Virus record (IMG/VR): IMGVR_UViG_3300036766_000837
Coordinates: 50,932 to 114,931 of that record
Origin: a virus
Strand: one strand, 5' to 3'
Length of the DNA: 64,000 nt
The notes below the pieces were generated by a model. It was not told the origin of the DNA, made no database searches, and saw only the letters and a program-made list of their open reading frames with translations. The translations under genes were made by a program, and so were the position numbers. Positions 59,932 through 64,000 of this stretch are shown one piece after another; the first letter of the stretch is position 1; every line of letters begins with the position of its first letter.

Positions 59932-61519
59932 TTACGATTTTCTCCCGACTGAACTGACAATCCCATGCGCGCTCAACATTTCGGCCAAACTCTCGATGTT
60001 ATCAACAAATTCAGCAAATTCCGCTTCTTCACCATCCTCATAATTGATGGTAATAATACCAATGTAATCCTGGTCCATCTCGTTTTTCACCCCCCCTATT
60101 TCCACGCGAAATAACCATTGAAAGCAACAAAGAAGTATGTTTTATCTTCCTCCGCATTTTTGGCCTGTTCTAGCGCGTGTTCGGAACCTTCGGCCATAAA
60201 TTTGCCGATATATTCCCAACCCTCTGTAAAGCATTCATTCAATTCAGTATTTATACCAAAAACCACATACTCTCTTAGCGGCAAAATTGTATCCATCCTA
60301 GAAAAATCTCCAAATTTTCTCACCAAAACTCAAGATTTTCTCGCCAAGATTTATCCCAATCGCCATGTAGACTAGGACGCCCAAGATTACTATTGTAACT
60401 ACCACCTTGAAATAATACTCAAACTTTGACATCTGATTCTCCCATGTCCCCCGATTTTATATGCGCCGAAACGATGGCCAACCAATTTCTCAACAACCCA
60501 TTCTCTTATTTCAGCCATTTATTAATCCTCCCATTAGAAGGAAATAATGCGAATATACACAGGGACAATTTTCAATTTTACAACCGTCACTTGGCCGTAT
60601 CCCATTCATTGGATGACAACAAGCAATACAAAAACGCACTTCATCATCATCCATATTATTGCCCACGGCATCATCTACCGTCATAAGGATTTCTTGGACA
60701 ATTTCCGGTACAATTCCTGTCGCCGTCATGGCAAGTTCAAATGATTCGCGGATATCTTGGTATTCAAACTCCCTCATTCCTATCTCCTCATTCCTTCCAC
60801 ACAATCTCTTCTTCTTTGAGCAAGCTTTCATCGCCATATTGCTGACTCAATGAAACCATCAAAAGGTCAAACTCATCTTGCTCAGACATGGCACAAGCAA
60901 TATTGTCAGCTTCCCCCAAATTTACATCGTCAGGAACTTTGAATATCACCTTCAAGAATCTCATAGTTCAGAATCCTCCAAATACATATCGGGAGTATAA
61001 TCATCATAATCATCAGGAATCTTTCCAGTTCCTCGGTCCAAATCATTTTCGGGACAGTACAAGTCATCTCTGCCTGATATGGAGTCAAGTTCTCTGCGAT
61101 AATCTTCTGCCAACCTATCGGCAAAATTTAGAGCCTTCTCTAGTTCCTTATTCTCTTCGGCATAATCTAGAGTCTTTATTGCATATTCTGTAAACAAACC
61201 AACGAGGGGTATTACCAGAGATTCAAGTTCTCTAATTCGTCTTCTTTGACAGAACATTGATTGTCTCCTTCCTTCTTCCAAATGTCTCATGAGACATACG
61301 ATCATCTGCACGATTCACAGCCTTTTGGATTGCTTCTTCCCTTGTAATTCCCCAAGAAGGAAGAAGGAAAGAATAGTCCAATTCTTGTTTTTCTCTAGTT
61401 TCATAAAAACAAATCAATTTTTTGATTCTTGCCCGCCACCGATTATTGGAAAACATACGATGGGTAAAATCTTCTACTTCAACAACCCATTCCTCATGGT
61501 GCTTCATTATTTTCCCCAT
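59932..61519 (-). other. Small hypothetical ORFs, mostly acidic
   Basis: ORFs 59932-60078, 60096-60296, 60511-60777, 60961-61257, 61232-61519. Confidence 0.6.
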
Positions 61520-61836
61520 TCTTCTTGTAGTGGATTGTCCATTAGTTCGCCGACAAAGATATTCACTTTGCCGAGATTTACTACGGCATCATCTACCGCA
61601 ATATCTATTGGCAACCTCTTGTATTCGGTCTTTGAGGCAGTATCCCAAACACAATCTTCAAGGTCCAATTTCTGAACCCAATGTTCGGCATATTCTCTGC
61701 CACCACCAGACCAAACGATTACAAGGCAACCTAACATATGAAATTGGCGAAGTAATTGTATCACATCTAACTTTGGCATATCTTCGCTGTCAATTAGGGT
61801 GCCGTCTACATCGAATGCTACCCAAGTGCGCTCCAT
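61507..61836 (-). CDS. Minimal HAD-family hydrolase
   Basis: AFDVDGTL, WSGGG, K, AVDD. Confidence 0.85.
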   Translation of the reverse strand: MERTWVAFDVDGTLIDSEDMPKLDVIQLLRQFHMLGCLVIVWSGGGREYAEHWVQKLDLEDCVWDTASKTEYKRLPIDIAVDDAVVNLGKVNIFVGELMDNPLQEEWGK

Positions 61837-61893
61837 TATTTGTCCTTTTCTTTGCCTCGCCCTTTCTCTTTGGACCAAACCTCTTAGTGATCT

Positions 61894-62307
61894 TTAGTCA
61901 GGAATTGGTACAACCATCTCTTCATTTTCCGCCATCTGTAAGCCTGTGTAGATAATCAATTGTCCGTCATTATCTACACTAAAATCTGCCAAGGGGAAAC
62001 AATCAAGCATCTTGGTCACGAATTCATTAAAGGTCATTTTATTTACTTTCTTCTTTGGGCCAAAACTCCATTCTTCATGCAATCTTTTGGGAAAAGATTT
62101 GAGAAGTGGATTTGTCTCTTTTTCTATGACTTGTTCTGCATCATCACTAAAAAGAATTACAAGGTCGGAACTATCCTTGAAATGAATGTTTATTTCTCCA
62201 CGGTATGTATGAGAATCCTCATTGTATCCGAAATCCACCCAAGCATTTCCCACATCAGGATTCCCCTTTATAACCTCGCAAAGAATATGAGCATAAAAAG
62301 TATCCAT
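61894..62307 (-). CDS. Hypothetical protein
   Basis: SD AGGAG; 137-aa ORF. Confidence 0.6.
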   Translation of the reverse strand: MDTFYAHILCEVIKGNPDVGNAWVDFGYNEDSHTYRGEINIHFKDSSDLVILFSDDAEQVIEKETNPLLKSFPKRLHEEWSFGPKKKVNKMTFNEFVTKMLDCFPLADFSVDNDGQLIIYTGLQMAENEEMVVPIPD

Positions 62308-62534
62308 TATTTCTCCTGTCCTATCTCGCTATAATACAAATCTCTGGCAACAAGTCTTGGGCAACATTTCGAACAACATCCGCAATTCCAGCATTCAGCT
62401 TTTCTAAACCAGCATTTGCGACACCAATACCACATTATTTTCCCCCTACCAATCATTCGTCTTTTTAGCTATCCAGAAGATAAATATGCCCCACAAAAGC
62501 AACACCTTAGTCCAATTTCTCACATTCAGTCATT

Positions 62535-63134
62535 TCAATTCCTCTCCTTTATTTGAAGAGTAAAAAACTCCATTGCCAGAATTGCCGCTTTTGCATCATA
62601 TCCCGCATCATGCCATTGGGGATTTATGCCGATTTCTTCAAGTTCCGATTCGGCATACTCTTTGCTTGCTTTTTTCCAAGCCTTGTATCCCCACTCATTC
62701 TTTGAATGATTCCATCCAAACGCCATAGCTACTTGGCTCAAATCTACAACCCTGTATGAATAAATTGGGGCTTTTTGCGGCTTGACGAAGTATTCCATTA
62801 TCCAGGGAAATGTTTGGGCCATGAACGGCATATCGAATGACCCTACGGCAAATCCGCAAGGAATCACCTTGCCCTTTTGCGCCCCCATTTCCTCAAAGAA
62901 AGAGGCAATCCTGTCCCCAACTATGATAAAAGATGGACCGGATTCTATGCGCGAAAAATCCCACCTAATTACTTGAAGAGCTTCTTCCTGGTATTCATAG
63001 TTCCCTTTTGCCCACCCTACATCTGAGACGAAATTCTTAGTTTCATCTCTTGGGTCAAAACTTATACCAACCTGGATAAGTCTGTGTTCCCAAACATCAG
63101 TTCCGGTCATCTCCAAGTCAAGACCACAGTACAT
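62535..63134 (-). CDS. DEDDh 3'-5' exonuclease
   Basis: GLDLEMTG, FD..F, DL, HDAGYDA. Confidence 0.88.
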   Translation of the reverse strand: MYCGLDLEMTGTDVWEHRLIQVGISFDPRDETKNFVSDVGWAKGNYEYQEEALQVIRWDFSRIESGPSFIIVGDRIASFFEEMGAQKGKVIPCGFAVGSFDMPFMAQTFPWIMEYFVKPQKAPIYSYRVVDLSQVAMAFGWNHSKNEWGYKAWKKASKEYAESELEEIGINPQWHDAGYDAKAAILAMEFFTLQIKERN

Positions 63135-63135
63135 T

Positions 63136-63339
63136 CTACCCACTGAAATCCTCCCATTTCTTAGTGATTTTGCTCCAAACTTTAATATATAGATTTGGGG
63201 TGGGATTGCATACGCAACAATCACACGGTTCCGCAATGTCACAATTCGGACAAAGAATAAATATTCCTACATTCTCTGCCGATTTCTCAATCATTGGTCC
63301 AAGGCAGATTCCGCAAAAGATGGCAAACCCGGTTTCCAT
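63136..63339 (-). CDS. Cys-rich small protein
   Basis: CGIC, CPNC, CDCCVC; SD AAGGAG. Confidence 0.55.
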   Translation of the reverse strand: METGFAIFCGICLGPMIEKSAENVGIFILCPNCDIAEPCDCCVCNPTPNLYIKVWSKITKKWEDFSG

Positions 63340-63770
63340 TTTTTACTCCTTCTAGAAATGATGCTTTTTCCTGCAATGAAAAGCCTGTCTAAACTGCCCA
63401 AGAATCATCCCCCCTACAAAGACATAGGAATAACCAAGGATTGTCCAATAAAGACGCATTTATTCCTCCTCATCATTCATACTGATAAGGATTCTATGAA
63501 TTTGGCGCTGAATTTCAAAGACTAAATCCGTCTTGACAAAAATCTTATTTAGATTCAAATTCTCCACATTTTCGGCCACTTCATGAACGACACCCTCATT
63601 ATCTACCAAACAAAGTCGCATTATTTGTCCCTTTCAGTCACTATTCCTGGCAAGCAAATTGACCAATAAATCAACAATCTTGAGCAATTCCTTGCGGTCC
63701 TCATCTAGGGGATTTATGCGGAAACACATCTGGAGCATTTCATCGAGCATTTCTTGGAGACGTTCTCGGT

Positions 63771-63974
63771 TCACAGGAACAAGAAGTATCGTTGCCATTT
63801 ATTGCCCCTTCTTTTTTGGTAGGAAAACCAAAGTAGTCCATCGCCACAATTAGGGCATTTGTCTACCTTTTCTTGCAGGATTCCGCACTTGACGCAATAA
63901 GTATGGGAATATACAAAATCTCCCAAACTACAACCGTAAAGCCAGACACCTTTTCGATCCCAAATGAACGGCAT
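63771..63974 (-). CDS. Zn-ribbon small protein
   Basis: CVKC...CPNC; SD GAAAGGA. Confidence 0.55.
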   Translation of the reverse strand: MPFIWDRKGVWLYGCSLGDFVYSHTYCVKCGILQEKVDKCPNCGDGLLWFSYQKRRGNKWQRYFLFL

Positions 63975-64000
63975 GTTATTATTCCTTTCTCTGGGCCGCT

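Overview
64 kb of a large, AT-rich tailed dsDNA bacteriophage (siphovirus-type), probably infecting an actinomycete (inferred from the endolysin type, a DUF5925-like ATPase and GC-rich patches). Layout: (1) 1-31229, minus strand: virion module with HNH endonuclease, tail-tip proteins, 2062-aa tape measure, frameshifted tail chaperone, tail tube, head-tail connectors, a 1737-aa Ser/Thr-rich 14-aa-repeat fibre, a LAGLIDADG endonuclease, HK97-type capsid, multidomain prohead protease and portal. No terminase is visible in the window. (2) 31383-40559, minus: two tRNAs, sugar aminotransferase, acetyltransferase, glycosyltransferases (one with an intein) and a class II ribonucleotide reductase. (3) 40720-57236, plus: degenerate ThyX, lysis genes, tRNA-His, a second sugar-modification operon, an AAA ATPase and many small Cys-rich ORFs. 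(4) 57250-64000, minus: a GC-rich cassette with a gene bracketed by perfect 28-bp inverted repeats, a ~0.7-kb non-coding array of palindromes at 12-bp period, and small ORFs including a HAD hydrolase and a DEDDh exonuclease. Best candidates for something new: a near-complete glycan pathway together with a giant Ser/Thr-rich head-module fibre, and the 5'/3'-UTR pairing switch (or invertible segment) around the AT-hook gene at 58306-58782. All family assignments are by motif recognition and gene order; no searches were run.
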